Source of the DNA: Gammaproteobacteria bacterium
Lineage (GTDB): Bacteria; Pseudomonadota; Gammaproteobacteria; Eutrophobiales; Eutrophobiaceae
NCBI GenBank assembly: GCA_030829985.1
Contig: JAURNW010000024.1
Span: 95-64,094 of the forward strand
DNA: 64,000 nt
Direction of reading: 5' to 3'
Both the position numbers and the translations under genes were made by a program. Positions 19,341 to 30,154 of this stretch are shown here, in pieces. The notes below the pieces were generated by a model. That model was not told where the DNA came from. It saw only the letters and a list, made by a program, of their open reading frames with translations, and did no database searches. Every line of letters starts with the position of its first letter. The first letter of the stretch is position 1.

Positions 19341-20762
19341 ATGGAAAAAAAGAAGAAATCACTAAGCTTTAGCGAAAGTGTCAATTTTATGGTCGACCGT
19401 GCGTTAACTGTTCTCGATATTGACCCTGGCACATCAAAATCTATAAAGACTTGTAACTCCACGATAAAAGTTAGTTTCCCAGTAGTCATTAACGGCAGTA
19501 TAGAAGTCTTTACCGGTTGGCGTTCGGTACACAGTGACCATAGATTACCTTCAAAAGGCGGTATTCGTTATGCACCTATAGTTAATCAAGATGAGGTCGA
19601 AGCGCTAGCAGCGCTGATGACCTACAAATGCGCTATCGTCGATGTGCCTTTTGGAGGTTCAAAAGGCGGTCTATTAATTGATCCTTCAAAATATAGTCGC
19701 GACGATTTACAAAAAATTACGCGACGGTTTGCACGCGAATTAGTACGCAAGGGTTACCTCAGTCCGGCAACCAATGTACCCGCGCCAGATATGGGAACGG
19801 GTGAACGCGAGATGGCCTGGATAGCAGACACATACAAACATTTACATCCCGAAGACATTAATTACCTCGGTTGCGTCACTGGTAAACCGGTAGCACACGG
19901 GGGAATTCGCGGTAGAACTGAAGCAACAGGCCGAGGAGTAGTCTATGCAATTCGTGAGTTTTTTCGCAATGCCGATGATGTTAAAGCTGCAGGACTACAA
20001 CCAGGGTTGAGTGACAAACGTGTTGTCATCCAGGGCTTGGGGAATGTGGGTTACTATGCAGCAAAATTACTGGATGAAGAAGATAACTGTAAAATTATTG
20101 CCATTGTAGAAAGGGATGGTGTGCTGACTAATGATAGAGGAATAAAAATTGAAAATGTTCGATGTCATATCAATGAGCATAAGACTATAAAAGGTTTTCC
20201 AGACGCTCAATTTTCCGAAGATGGCGCATCAGGATTAGAAATAGAATGTGATATCTTGATCCCGGCCGCCATGGAAGCACAGATTACAACTGACAATGCC
20301 AACAATATAAAAACCAAATTAATTGTTGAAGCTGCAAATGGCCCTGTCACTTTCAGAGCCGATGACATCCTGCGACAGCGAGGCATTACAATATTACCTG
20401 ATGCCTATGTTAATGCTGGCGGTGTGACCGTCTCTTATTTTGAGTGGGTACGCAACCTTTCACATATCCGTTTCGGTCGAATGGAAAGACGCCATGATGA
20501 AATGCGCGGTGCACAAATGTTAAAAGTAATTGAGTCGATGACCGGTGAAAAAGCAAACGACTGGATGCAAGCAGAGATAGTTCGAGGCGCAGATGAACTC
20601 GACCTGGTCAGGTCTGGACTTGATGACACAATGCGTAATAGCTATCAGCAATTAAAAGAAGTACTTGATTCTCATGAAGAGGTCAAGGATTTTAGAACCG
20701 CAGCCTACGTTGTCGCCGTTCAGAAACTGCTTCGTTCCTATATTGATATTGGTGTTTATTAA
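19341..20762 (+). CDS. Glu/Leu/Phe/Val-family amino-acid dehydrogenase, probable glutamate dehydrogenase
   Basis: Catalytic lysine motif VPFGGSKGG and a GNVG Rossmann dinucleotide-binding motif. The true start may be the internal Met (MVDRALTVL, ~19389). Confidence 0.8.
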   Translation: MEKKKKSLSFSESVNFMVDRALTVLDIDPGTSKSIKTCNSTIKVSFPVVINGSIEVFTGWRSVHSDHRLPSKGGIRYAPIVNQDEVEALAALMTYKCAIVDVPFGGSKGGLLIDPSKYSRDDLQKITRRFARELVRKGYLSPATNVPAPDMGTGEREMAWIADTYKHLHPEDINYLGCVTGKPVAHGGIRGRTEATGRGVVYAIREFFRNADDVKAAGLQPGLSDKRVVIQGLGNVGYYAAKLLDEEDNCKIIAIVERDGVLTNDRGIKIENVRCHINEHKTIKGFPDAQFSEDGASGLEIECDILIPAAMEAQITTDNANNIKTKLIVEAANGPVTFRADDILRQRGITILPDAYVNAGGVTVSYFEWVRNLSHIRFGRMERRHDEMRGAQMLKVIESMTGEKANDWMQAEIVRGADELDLVRSGLDDTMRNSYQQLKEVLDSHEEVKDFRTAAYVVAVQKLLRSYIDIGVY

Positions 20763-20787
20763 AGCCCCATATATTTAAGTAAATGTA

Positions 20788-20819
20788 GTGTGTTATCTGC
20801 TAGCAGATAACACACTTTT
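20788..20819. terminator. Rho-independent terminator after the dehydrogenase gene (perfect 28-bp palindrome plus T-run)
   Basis: GTGTGTTATCTGCTAGCAGATAACACAC followed by TTTT. Confidence 0.8.
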
Positions 20820-20855
20820 CTTGTCCTTACTGACATACCGTAATCCCTGATACCA

Positions 20856-20884
20856 CTTGAATATCTGCACAATGGCCTCATCTA
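20856..20884 (+). promoter_or_regulatory. Sigma-32 (RpoH) heat-shock promoter of clpB
   Basis: CTTGAA-N14-CCTCATCTA matches CTTGAAA-N13-15-CCCCATnT; ~25 nt upstream of the clpB start. Confidence 0.65.
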
Positions 20885-20916
20885 TTAGCTAATATCTATG
20901 AACCAGAGTTGGAATA

Positions 20917-23508
20917 ATGAGACCAGATAAACTAACAACAAAATTACAGTTGGCATTGGCAGAGGCTCAAAGCGTCGCCGTTGGCCGTGATCATCAATAT
21001 ATAGAACCCGTACATTTGGCATATAGCCTGCTAAAACAGGAAGGTGGTGTCCTGTCTCACGTCCTCTCCAGTGCCGGAGTAGACCTGAACAGGCTTGGGT
21101 CTGAGCTGAATAAGTTACTCGCTTCAATGCCTACCGTCAGCGGTTCCGCGGGAGATGTACATATTAGTCGCGATCTTGACCGTCTACTAAACGTAATGGA
21201 TAAAATTGCCCAGGATAGAAACGATGACTATATCGCTAGTGAGCTCTTTGCATTAGCCGCATTGGAAGATAAGGCTAAACTAGGAGATATATTTCGGCAA
21301 TGTGGTGCTGATAAAAAGAAGTTGCATGATGCAATTGATGCATTACGCGGTGGCGAAAAAGTAAGTGACTCAAACGCCGAAGAAAACCGGCAGGCACTTG
21401 AAAAATATACTACTGACCTGACAGCACGTGCTGAAAAGGGAAAACTGGATCCGGTGATAGGCCGTGATGAAGAGATTCGTCGTACCATTCAGGTTTTACA
21501 ACGACGAACTAAAAACAATCCCGTTTTAATCGGTGAACCAGGTGTTGGGAAAACTGCAATTGTAGAAGGCCTGGCGCAACGTATTCTCAATGGAGAAGTA
21601 CCGGAATCATTAAAACATAAACGGCTCTTGTCTCTTGATATGGGGGCGCTGATTGCCGGTGCCAAATTTCGCGGTGAGTTCGAAGAACGTTTAAAAGCCG
21701 TTTTGAATGACCTCTCAAAGCAAGAAGGTCAAATTATCCTTTTTATTGATGAAGTTCATACCATGGTTGGTGCTGGCAAGGCAGAAGGCGCAATGGATGC
21801 CGGAAATATGCTAAAACCGGCTCTTGCCAGAGGTGAGCTCCATTGTATCGGCGCCACTACGCTCAATGAATACCGTGAAAATATTGAGAAAGATGCCGCT
21901 CTGGAACGCCGCTTCCAGAAAGTGTTAGTCAATGAACCTACTGTTGAAGATACCATCGCAATCCTGCGAGGCCTTAAAGAACGCTATGAAGTACATCATA
22001 ATGTTCAGATAACCGATCCAGCCATCGTCGCGGCTGCAACATTATCACATCGTTATATCACTGACAGACAATTACCCGACAAGGCAATAGATCTGATTGA
22101 TGAATCTGCCAGTCGAATCAGCATCGAGATGGATTCAAAACCAGAGTCCATGGATCGACTTGAACGTCGTTTGATTCAAATGAAAATAGAACGTGAAGCC
22201 TTAAAGAAAGAAACCGATCCCGCATCGAAAAAACGACTCTCATTACTTGAAGAAGAGATTAAAAAAGTCGAACGTGAATATAATGATTTGGAAGAAATAT
22301 GGATCTCGGAAAAAGCGGCTCTACAGGGTTCTCATGATATTAAAGAACAGCTTGAAGAAGCCAGAATCAAGTTTGAAGCTGCGAAACGTTCCGGTGATTT
22401 AAACCAGATGTCAGAACTTCAATATGGTGTTATTCCTGGACTGGAAAAACAACTGGCACAAGAGTCTGAGGTAGATGTAAAAGAGATGACGTTGCTACGT
22501 AATAGGGTAACTGAAAACGAGATTGCAGAGGTAGTTGCAAACTGGACCGGTATTCCTGTGAGCAAAATGCTGGAAGGCGAACGTGAAAAGTTGCTGGCTA
22601 TGGGAGACGTATTGCATCAGCAAGTGATCGGACAAGATCAAGCCATAACAGCTGTTTCAAATGCAATTCGTCGGTCACGTGCGGGGCTTTCAGACCCGGA
22701 TAAACCCAACGGCAGTTTCCTTTTCCTTGGCCCAACGGGTGTAGGTAAGACCGAATTATGCAAAAGCCTGACTGAATTTTTATTCGACAGCGAAGACGCG
22801 ATGATCCGCATAGACATGTCTGAGTACATGGAGAAACATGCGGTTGCCCGATTAATTGGGGCACCACCCGGTTATGTGGGTTATGAACAAGGCGGCTATT
22901 TAACAGAAGCAGTAAGACGTCGTCCGTATAGTCTGATATTACTTGATGAAATTGAAAAAGCGCATGCGGATGTGTTTAATATTCTGTTACAAGTACTCGA
23001 TGACGGGCGTTTGACAGACGGGCATGGACGTACTGTTGATTTTCGTAACACGGTAATAGTGATGACCTCAAATCTTGGCTCTAATTTGATACAGGAAATG
23101 TCTACTGACTCGGAATATGACAATATGAAAGAAGTCGTTTTGCATGAAGTCAGCAATCATTTCAGGCCCGAATTTCTAAATCGGATCGATGAGGTTGTTG
23201 TTTTTCATGCCCTGCTACAAAACCAAATCATGGCTATCGCCGAAATTCAGATCGAACGTTTAGGCAAACGGTTAGAAGCACAGGATATCGACCTGCAATT
23301 AAGTCCTGCGGCTATAAATTTGCTGGGTATGGCCGGGTTTGACCCGGTTTATGGTGCGCGACCACTCAAACGCGTCATACAGGACAAACTTGAGACTCCT
23401 ATAGCTGAAAAAATACTTTCCGGTAAATATGGGCCAGGTTCTTTGATAAAAATAGACGTCGTAAATGAAAAATTACATTTTTCCGAACTTGAAATAGATA
23501 CAGCCTGA
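20917..23508 (+). CDS. clpB: Chaperone disaggregase ClpB
   Basis: 863 aa with two AAA+ modules ([16 protein letters not shown]) and a middle coiled-coil. Confidence 0.95.
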   Translation: MRPDKLTTKLQLALAEAQSVAVGRDHQYIEPVHLAYSLLKQEGGVLSHVLSSAGVDLNRLGSELNKLLASMPTVSGSAGDVHISRDLDRLLNVMDKIAQDRNDDYIASELFALAALEDKAKLGDIFRQCGADKKKLHDAIDALRGGEKVSDSNAEENRQALEKYTTDLTARAEKGKLDPVIGRDEEIRRTIQVLQRRTKNNPVLIGEPGVGKTAIVEGLAQRILNGEVPESLKHKRLLSLDMGALIAGAKFRGEFEERLKAVLNDLSKQEGQIILFIDEVHTMVGAGKAEGAMDAGNMLKPALARGELHCIGATTLNEYRENIEKDAALERRFQKVLVNEPTVEDTIAILRGLKERYEVHHNVQITDPAIVAAATLSHRYITDRQLPDKAIDLIDESASRISIEMDSKPESMDRLERRLIQMKIEREALKKETDPASKKRLSLLEEEIKKVEREYNDLEEIWISEKAALQGSHDIKEQLEEARIKFEAAKRSGDLNQMSELQYGVIPGLEKQLAQESEVDVKEMTLLRNRVTENEIAEVVANWTGIPVSKMLEGEREKLLAMGDVLHQQVIGQDQAITAVSNAIRRSRAGLSDPDKPNGSFLFLGPTGVGKTELCKSLTEFLFDSEDAMIRIDMSEYMEKHAVARLIGAPPGYVGYEQGGYLTEAVRRRPYSLILLDEIEKAHADVFNILLQVLDDGRLTDGHGRTVDFRNTVIVMTSNLGSNLIQEMSTDSEYDNMKEVVLHEVSNHFRPEFLNRIDEVVVFHALLQNQIMAIAEIQIERLGKRLEAQDIDLQLSPAAINLLGMAGFDPVYGARPLKRVIQDKLETPIAEKILSGKYGPGSLIKIDVVNEKLHFSELEIDTA

Positions 23509-23663
23509 ACCGGATATTGATAATTATTTGGTAAAAAATCAGAATTTATAAATATTAAGTCAGATTAAACCCTATTTCTGAACTAAAACAGTTGGTTATT
23601 TACGTCATATAATCTAATATTTTAACCTAAATACTTGATAACAAAAGGTCAAGAATACGGTAA

Positions 23664-25379
23664 ATGGCTGCTCCAACAAAAAAAATAAATCTCAGTGGGT
23701 TAGCACGAAAGCTCGTGCTTGATGGTTTGATCGATGAAGAAAAGGCCCAGGCTACCTTTGAAGAGTCACTGAAAAAGAAACGGCCCTTCGTCAGTCTTAT
23801 AGTTGAAAATAAACTAGTCCCCAGTAGTAGCATTGCATTAGCCGCCGCAAATGAATTCGGGGCACCACTTGTAGATTTAGATTTATTGGAAATAGACCCT
23901 GATATCATCAAGTTAGTTAAAGAAGAATTAATTAAAAAACATCATGCCTTACCAATTTTCAAGCGGGGTAAGCGACTTTCTGTTGCCGTCTCAGATCCAA
24001 CCAATATTCAAGCATTAGATGAAATAAAGTTCGCAACGGGGCTAACAACTGATGCCATTATTGTTGAAGAAGATAAACTGACCAAAAATATTGAAAAAGC
24101 CATCGAAGCGGCAGAAGGCGGCTTGGGTGATATGGACGACGAAGATTTTGACGATCTGGATGATCTGGAAGTCGCTGAAGATGGTCCACAGCAACAAGAC
24201 GATACTGAAGTTGATGATGCACCAGTTGTACGTTTTGTTAATAAAGTTTTACTCGATGCCATCAAGAAAGGCGCTTCGGATCTTCATTTTGAACCTTACG
24301 AAAAAATATATCGAGTGCGTTTTCGCATTGATGGTGTTTTACAGGAAGTCGCCAAACCCCCAATGAGCCTATCCAGTAAGATTGCTGCTCGTATCAAGGT
24401 TATGTCAAGACTTGACGTTTCTGAACGACGAATCCCGCAGGATGGTCGTATCAAACTTAAACTTTCAAAGACAAAATCAATCGATTTTCGTGTTAATACC
24501 TGCCCAACGTTGTTCGGTGAAAAGACTTGTATGCGTATCCTGAATTCAGATGCTGCTGCGCTACAAATAGACCAACTTGGCTACGAAGATCATCAAAAAG
24601 AGATGTTTCTATCAAACCTGCATAAACCTTATGGTATGTTTTTAGTGACCGGGCCTACCGGTAGCGGCAAAACGGTATCACTCTATACAGGCATAAACAT
24701 CCTCAATCAGGTCGATATCAATATTTCTACCGCTGAAGATCCGGTGGAAATTAACCTGCCTGGTGTAAATCAGGTTCAGGTGGATGAAAAAACAGGCATG
24801 ACCTTCGAAAAAGCATTGAAGGCCTTCTTACGACAGGATCCGGATATTATTCTGGTTGGGGAGGTTCGAGATCTTGGTACCGCATCAATTGCCGTAAAGG
24901 CCGCGCAGACAGGACATATGGTAATGTCTACTTTACATACCAATGATGGTCCGCAGACTCTAACTCGTCTTCAGGACATGGGAATACAGGCTTTTGCTGT
25001 TGCTACCAGTATAAATCTGATCACAGCACAACGATTGCTACGTCGTCTTAATCCAAACAACCGGGTGCCATTTGAAATGCCTGACGACGCCTTGAGAGAC
25101 GAAGGCTACCCCGAGGATATGATTGAAAAAGGAATCAGTTTATTTGAACCTGGTGAAGAAACTGAAGATAATCCGGGTTATAAAGGCCGAGCAGGAATCT
25201 ATCAGGTTATGCCTATATCAGATGACATGAAACGTTTAATTATAGAGGGTGCAAATGCAGTTCAATTAGCAGATCAAGCTGCATCTGAAGGTATCTGGGA
25301 TATTCGTAAATCAGGATTGATGAAGGCTGCCAGTGGTGTAACTAGCCTGACGGAAGTTAACCGAGTAACTGTAGAGTAA
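23664..25379 (+). CDS. pilB: Type IV pilus assembly ATPase PilB
   Basis: GspE-N domain, Walker A GPTGSGKT, tetracysteine-like region; followed by pilC and pilD. Confidence 0.9.
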   Translation: MAAPTKKINLSGLARKLVLDGLIDEEKAQATFEESLKKKRPFVSLIVENKLVPSSSIALAAANEFGAPLVDLDLLEIDPDIIKLVKEELIKKHHALPIFKRGKRLSVAVSDPTNIQALDEIKFATGLTTDAIIVEEDKLTKNIEKAIEAAEGGLGDMDDEDFDDLDDLEVAEDGPQQQDDTEVDDAPVVRFVNKVLLDAIKKGASDLHFEPYEKIYRVRFRIDGVLQEVAKPPMSLSSKIAARIKVMSRLDVSERRIPQDGRIKLKLSKTKSIDFRVNTCPTLFGEKTCMRILNSDAAALQIDQLGYEDHQKEMFLSNLHKPYGMFLVTGPTGSGKTVSLYTGINILNQVDINISTAEDPVEINLPGVNQVQVDEKTGMTFEKALKAFLRQDPDIILVGEVRDLGTASIAVKAAQTGHMVMSTLHTNDGPQTLTRLQDMGIQAFAVATSINLITAQRLLRRLNPNNRVPFEMPDDALRDEGYPEDMIEKGISLFEPGEETEDNPGYKGRAGIYQVMPISDDMKRLIIEGANAVQLADQAASEGIWDIRKSGLMKAASGVTSLTEVNRVTVE

Positions 25380-25384
25380 ATATT

Positions 25385-26605
25385 ATGGCTGAAGCAAAAA
25401 AAGCAGAAATGTATACCTGGGAGGGCATAGACAAATCAGGTAAACGCGTTAAAGGCGAAACCAGTGGGCAAAGTGAAGCTCTGGTAAAAGCTATGCTGCG
25501 GCGGCAAGGAATCAATCCTCTCAAGTGTAAAAAGAAACCAAAACCTCTGTTAGGGGGCGGCGGCAACGCAAAAATTACTCCGAAAGATATCACTGTATTC
25601 AGTCGTCAATTAGCCACTATGATGTCTTCTGGTGTGCCATTAGTACAGTCTTTTGAAATCGTAGGCCGGGGGCATGAAAATGCGGGCATGCAAGAATTGA
25701 TTTTAGCCATTAAGGGTGATGTCGAAGCAGGTAATAATTTAACTGAAGCGCTGAAAAAACATCCACTACAATTTAATGATCTGTATTGCAATCTGGTTGA
25801 AGCAGGGGAACATGCCGGTATTCTGGAAGCTATATTGCACAAGCTTGCAACCTATATGGAAAAGACTGAGGCATTAAAGTCGAAAATTAAATCGGCCTTA
25901 TTTTACCCAGCTGCCGTTATCGTTGCTGCCGTTATCGTTGTTTCTATCTTAATGATCTTCGTAATCCCTCAATTTTCTGAATTATTTTCAGATTTTGGCG
26001 CTGATTTACCCGCATTAACCCAGTTTTTAGTCGATACATCTGACTTTTTTGTAGCCTATTGGTACATCATTTTTGGTGTTATGGGTGGTGTAGTATTTGG
26101 TGCTATGGAAATTAAACAACGTTCTACCGCTGTACAGCAATTTCTGGATCGCGCCATTCTAAAAGTGCCAGTATTAGGTGAAATTATGGAGAAATCAGCT
26201 ATTGCCCGATTCGCCAGAACTCTCGAAACCATGTTTGCTGCGGGGACCCCTTTGGTTGAAGCTATGACTTCAGTTGCGGGCGCTTGCGGTAATATCGTAT
26301 TTTACGATGCCACGATGAAGATGAAAGATGAAGTTGCTACGGGAACACAACTACAAGCTTGTATGCGTGATTCCGGTCTGTTTCCGAATATGGTTGTACA
26401 AATGGTTGCTATTGGTGAAGAGTCAGGTGCCATTGATACTATGCTTGGTAAAGTTGCAGACTGGTACGAACAGGAAGTTGATGATGCTGTCGAAGCGTTA
26501 ACAAGTTTACTTGAACCAGCAATTATGGGGTTTTTAGGTGTGGTCATCGGCGGCATCGTTATTGGTATGTATTTGCCGATCTTTAAAATGGGTTCTGTTG
26601 TTTAA
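25385..26605 (+). CDS. pilC: Type IV pilus platform protein PilC
   Basis: Two T2SF (GspF) domains; 406 aa polytopic. Confidence 0.9.
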   Translation: MAEAKKAEMYTWEGIDKSGKRVKGETSGQSEALVKAMLRRQGINPLKCKKKPKPLLGGGGNAKITPKDITVFSRQLATMMSSGVPLVQSFEIVGRGHENAGMQELILAIKGDVEAGNNLTEALKKHPLQFNDLYCNLVEAGEHAGILEAILHKLATYMEKTEALKSKIKSALFYPAAVIVAAVIVVSILMIFVIPQFSELFSDFGADLPALTQFLVDTSDFFVAYWYIIFGVMGGVVFGAMEIKQRSTAVQQFLDRAILKVPVLGEIMEKSAIARFARTLETMFAAGTPLVEAMTSVAGACGNIVFYDATMKMKDEVATGTQLQACMRDSGLFPNMVVQMVAIGEESGAIDTMLGKVADWYEQEVDDAVEALTSLLEPAIMGFLGVVIGGIVIGMYLPIFKMGSVV

Positions 26606-26687
26606 TAACAATAAATCTATTAAGCGTAATCCGTCTCTTTCTTTACTAAATTTTATTTAGTGAATTACCATAATTTCGAGGCAACTC

Positions 26688-27566
26688 GTGTCATCTATAT
26701 TTGAATTATTTATAACTCATCCAACTGTCTATTTATGTATAGTCTTTGCATTGGGACTACTAATTGGCAGTTTTTTAAATGTCGTCATACTAAGATTACC
26801 TGTAATGATGGAACGCGACTGGAAACAACAATGTTGCGAACTGCTTGAGCTTGATAACTCTGAATACGATACAGATCAAAAAAAATTCAATCTGGTTCTA
26901 CCCCGTTCACGTTGTCCTGTTTGTGAACATCAAATAAGCGCATTAGAAAATATTCCCTTAATCAGCTATTTACTTCTAAAAGGTAAATGTAAACACTGCA
27001 AGACTAAAATTTCTTTGCGCTATCCTTTGATTGAATTATTTAGCGGTATATCTGTAGTCATTGTTGCTTTCTATTTTGGTGTATCACTTCAGGCTCTATT
27101 TGCACTGTTACTAACCTGGGCGCTTATTGCATTGAGCATGATCGATTTTGACCACCAATTATTACCCGATGATATTACTTTACCGCTACTTTGGCTTGGC
27201 ATCGTAATCAATATTTTTGGCGTATTTACCGATCTAGAATCAAGTGTGCTTGGTGCTATATTTGGTTACGGTTCACTTTGGTCAGTCTATATGACCTTCA
27301 AGTTAATTACCGGTAAGGAAGGAATGGGGCATGGCGATTTTAAATTATTAGCTGTCCTGGGTGCCTGGTTTGGGTGGCAGTCTCTTCCTGTTATAATCAT
27401 CTTATCTTCGATCGTGGGAGCAATAGTAGGGATCCTACTGATGATTTTTAATTCCCACGACAGGAATACAGCTATCCCGTTTGGACCATACCTGGCGATG
27501 GCAGGCTGGATCTCAATGTTATGGGGGCCCTATATCATGTCTGCTTATCTCAATGCGGTAATTTAA
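26688..27566 (+). CDS. pilD: Prepilin peptidase/N-methyltransferase PilD
   Basis: CxxC...CxxC zinc motifs and A24 peptidase Asp residues. Confidence 0.9.
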   Translation: MSSIFELFITHPTVYLCIVFALGLLIGSFLNVVILRLPVMMERDWKQQCCELLELDNSEYDTDQKKFNLVLPRSRCPVCEHQISALENIPLISYLLLKGKCKHCKTKISLRYPLIELFSGISVVIVAFYFGVSLQALFALLLTWALIALSMIDFDHQLLPDDITLPLLWLGIVINIFGVFTDLESSVLGAIFGYGSLWSVYMTFKLITGKEGMGHGDFKLLAVLGAWFGWQSLPVIIILSSIVGAIVGILLMIFNSHDRNTAIPFGPYLAMAGWISMLWGPYIMSAYLNAVI

Positions 27567-28172
27567 ATGGCAAGACCATTACGCATTGCCTTAACTGGTG
27601 GTATAGGTACTGGAAAATCGACTGTTGCATCAACATTTCAAGCTCTAGGTGTCCCCATTATAGATTCAGATATAATTTCGAGAGCAATTGTGAAGCCTGG
27701 GAGCGCATCTTTAGAAGCTATCACAAAAGAATTCGGGAATGATGTTTTATGTAGTGATGGGCGTCTCAACAGAAGTAAATTACGCGATATTGTATTCGAT
27801 AACCTGGAATCCAAAAAAAAGTTAGAGGAAATACTACACCCTGTTATATATAGGGAAATAGAAGATCAGATAAATAGTGTAAAATATCCTTATTGTCTGA
27901 TTGTTATACCTTTATTAATTGAAACTGATTCGAAAGATAAATTTGATCGCATTCTGGTTGTCGATATACCAGAAGACATCCAGATAAAAAGAACTGCCGA
28001 AAGAGATAAAACAACAAGCATGTTGATAGAGAATATTATTAAAACTCAGGCAAGTAGAGAACAACGGCTAAAATATGCCGATGATGTCATTGATAATAAT
28101 CAGGAAATTAATGATCTTAGTAAAACTGTTATGAATTTACATAAGAAATATTTGAAATTGTCTCATCAATAA
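27567..28172 (+). CDS. coaE: Dephospho-CoA kinase
   Basis: P-loop GGIGTGKST; conserved position after pilD. Confidence 0.9.
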   Translation: MARPLRIALTGGIGTGKSTVASTFQALGVPIIDSDIISRAIVKPGSASLEAITKEFGNDVLCSDGRLNRSKLRDIVFDNLESKKKLEEILHPVIYREIEDQINSVKYPYCLIVIPLLIETDSKDKFDRILVVDIPEDIQIKRTAERDKTTSMLIENIIKTQASREQRLKYADDVIDNNQEINDLSKTVMNLHKKYLKLSHQ

Positions 28173-28178
28173 AAATAA

Positions 28179-28949
28179 ATGCAAAACAAGATAATATTTG
28201 AACAACCGCTAAACGAAAGAATGCGTAATTTTTTACGTTTAGAACACCTTTTCGATCTCATTGAATTTCGATTAGAAGATACACATGAATGGAATTGCAG
28301 AAGTATTCTTGAGTCTCTGCTTGAAATAAACGATTTATTGAGTCGTTCCGATTTAAAGGCTGAATTAATTAAAGAACTGGAACGACATTCTTCAATACTA
28401 GTATTATTGAAAAATAATCCTGCAGTAGATGAAAGTAGATTAAATAGTATTAATAACGAAATATGTTCATTATTAAAACTATTACGTGACAAATCATATC
28501 AACCAGGGGCACTGTTAAAAAATGATGAAGTGGTAACCAGTTTCAAACAACGAATCAGTATCCCGGGAGGAACATGTAATTTTGATTTACCCAGATTCCA
28601 TTATTGGCTAAATCAACCAGATACCAACCGCAAACAAGATATAAAAAAATGGTCTGCTGATCTTGACCCAATTAAAAGATCAATTTATATGGCTTTAGAT
28701 ATGGTGAGGAACAGCACACATCCCGCTAAAGAAAAAGCTGAGACTGGGTTTTATCAAAAACCGATAGAATCAAATTTATCCTGTCAGATGATTAGGGTAT
28801 TTTTACCATCAGCGAGTCTATATTACCCTGAAATTAGTGGTGGTAAACAAAGATTTACGGTACGTTTTATGGAACAAACTTCTACCGAAGCAAGACCAGT
28901 TCAAACTAAAAATGATGTTGACTTTGAACTTCATTGTTGCATTTTATGA
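28179..28949 (+). CDS. zapD: Cell division protein ZapD
   Basis: 256 aa YacF/ZapD family (N-terminal IFEQPLNERMR is conserved); coaE-zapD-yacG synteny. Confidence 0.8.
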   Translation: MQNKIIFEQPLNERMRNFLRLEHLFDLIEFRLEDTHEWNCRSILESLLEINDLLSRSDLKAELIKELERHSSILVLLKNNPAVDESRLNSINNEICSLLKLLRDKSYQPGALLKNDEVVTSFKQRISIPGGTCNFDLPRFHYWLNQPDTNRKQDIKKWSADLDPIKRSIYMALDMVRNSTHPAKEKAETGFYQKPIESNLSCQMIRVFLPSASLYYPEISGGKQRFTVRFMEQTSTEARPVQTKNDVDFELHCCIL

Positions 28950-29131
28950 ATAAAATAATTACTTGTCCGAATTGTAATAATGTCACCGAACTTGGTAGTT
29001 CAAATTTATTCCGTCCATTTTGTTCTGAACGTTGCCATCTGATAGATTTAGGTAAATGGGTTGAGGAAAAATACAGTATTGCCGATCCAATGATGCCTGA
29101 CTTTGAACAGACCCATTCTGAAAAACACTAA
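28934..29131 (+). CDS. yacG: DNA gyrase inhibitor YacG (Zn-ribbon)
   Basis: CPNC...C..C zinc ribbon; 65 aa. Confidence 0.85.
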   Translation: MLHFMNKIITCPNCNNVTELGSSNLFRPFCSERCHLIDLGKWVEEKYSIADPMMPDFEQTHSEKH

Positions 29132-30112
29132 TTATAGATAAGAAGATATAACCCTCTCTGGCGAATCTGAATTCCATATAGCACCAATCATCGCTATTCC
29201 ATAAGCACCATAATCTAATGCAGTTTTCATTTCCTCCGGTGACATACCTCCAAGTGCGTATACCGGAAAAGAAACTTTCCGTGTAAGACTGGCGAATTTA
29301 TCCCACCCAATGGCAGCAACGTCAGGGTGACTGTTAGTAATTAGCACAGGAGAAATAAAGGCATAATTTACATTTAATTCTGCTGCTTTGATAAGCTCTT
29401 GTTCATCATGACAGGATGCCCCTAATATAAAATCTTCACTGACAGGTCTACTTTCATATTTTTTTAATTCACTGGAATTCATATGAAGGCCATCTATTGC
29501 ATATTTTTTTAAATCATCGGTAGTCCCATTAAGAATCAATTTTGCATTATATTGTCTTGCTTGTTCGCTTAGACTGCTTACAACATTATCAAATATTTTA
29601 TTTTTCTCTGCTTTTAATCTGAGCTGGAAAATCTTCAGGCCGGCTGCAAAGCATTTTTCAGTCACTGATAATAAATACGCATAATCAGCATATGAATCCT
29701 GACTAATCACATAAAACGGATCTAGCGATATTGATTGAATAATATATTTATTCGCATCAGGAAACTTATAGTGTTTCAGATCATTTATATGAACCCAGCG
29801 AATTTCCTGATTTTCAAGATTGACAGGTTTTCCTCTCCACTCGAATACTTTCCAGACATCCAGAAACACATTTTTATCAGGATAATTATAACTAATGCCT
29901 GTAAATGATATTGCATTGCAAACATCTATACCTAATTCTTCAGATAATTCCCGTGTTAATGCAGTAAGAATATCTTCATTATTTTCGACCTTGCCACCAG
30001 GAAATTCCCAATAACCAGACAAATGTTGCCCAACTGATCTTTTTGAAATTAACACTCTGTCCCGGGTTGCGTTATATATAACACCCACCGCAACATGTGT
30101 TCTTTGATTCAT
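29132..30112 (-). CDS. Nudix hydrolase (MutT-like) fused to a thiamine-phosphate-synthase-like (ThiE/TenI) domain
   Basis: N-terminal Nudix box GGKVENNEDILTALTRELSEELG. The C-terminal half has ThiE-like motifs (ALGGM...). Same position as the MutT/ThiE fusion in pseudomonads. Confidence 0.75.
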   Translation of the reverse strand: MNQRTHVAVGVIYNATRDRVLISKRSVGQHLSGYWEFPGGKVENNEDILTALTRELSEELGIDVCNAISFTGISYNYPDKNVFLDVWKVFEWRGKPVNLENQEIRWVHINDLKHYKFPDANKYIIQSISLDPFYVISQDSYADYAYLLSVTEKCFAAGLKIFQLRLKAEKNKIFDNVVSSLSEQARQYNAKLILNGTTDDLKKYAIDGLHMNSSELKKYESRPVSEDFILGASCHDEQELIKAAELNVNYAFISPVLITNSHPDVAAIGWDKFASLTRKVSFPVYALGGMSPEEMKTALDYGAYGIAMIGAIWNSDSPERVISSYL

Positions 30113-30154
30113 TTTATGCTAGCTTGGCAATATATAATTTAAAGGAGAAATGAG

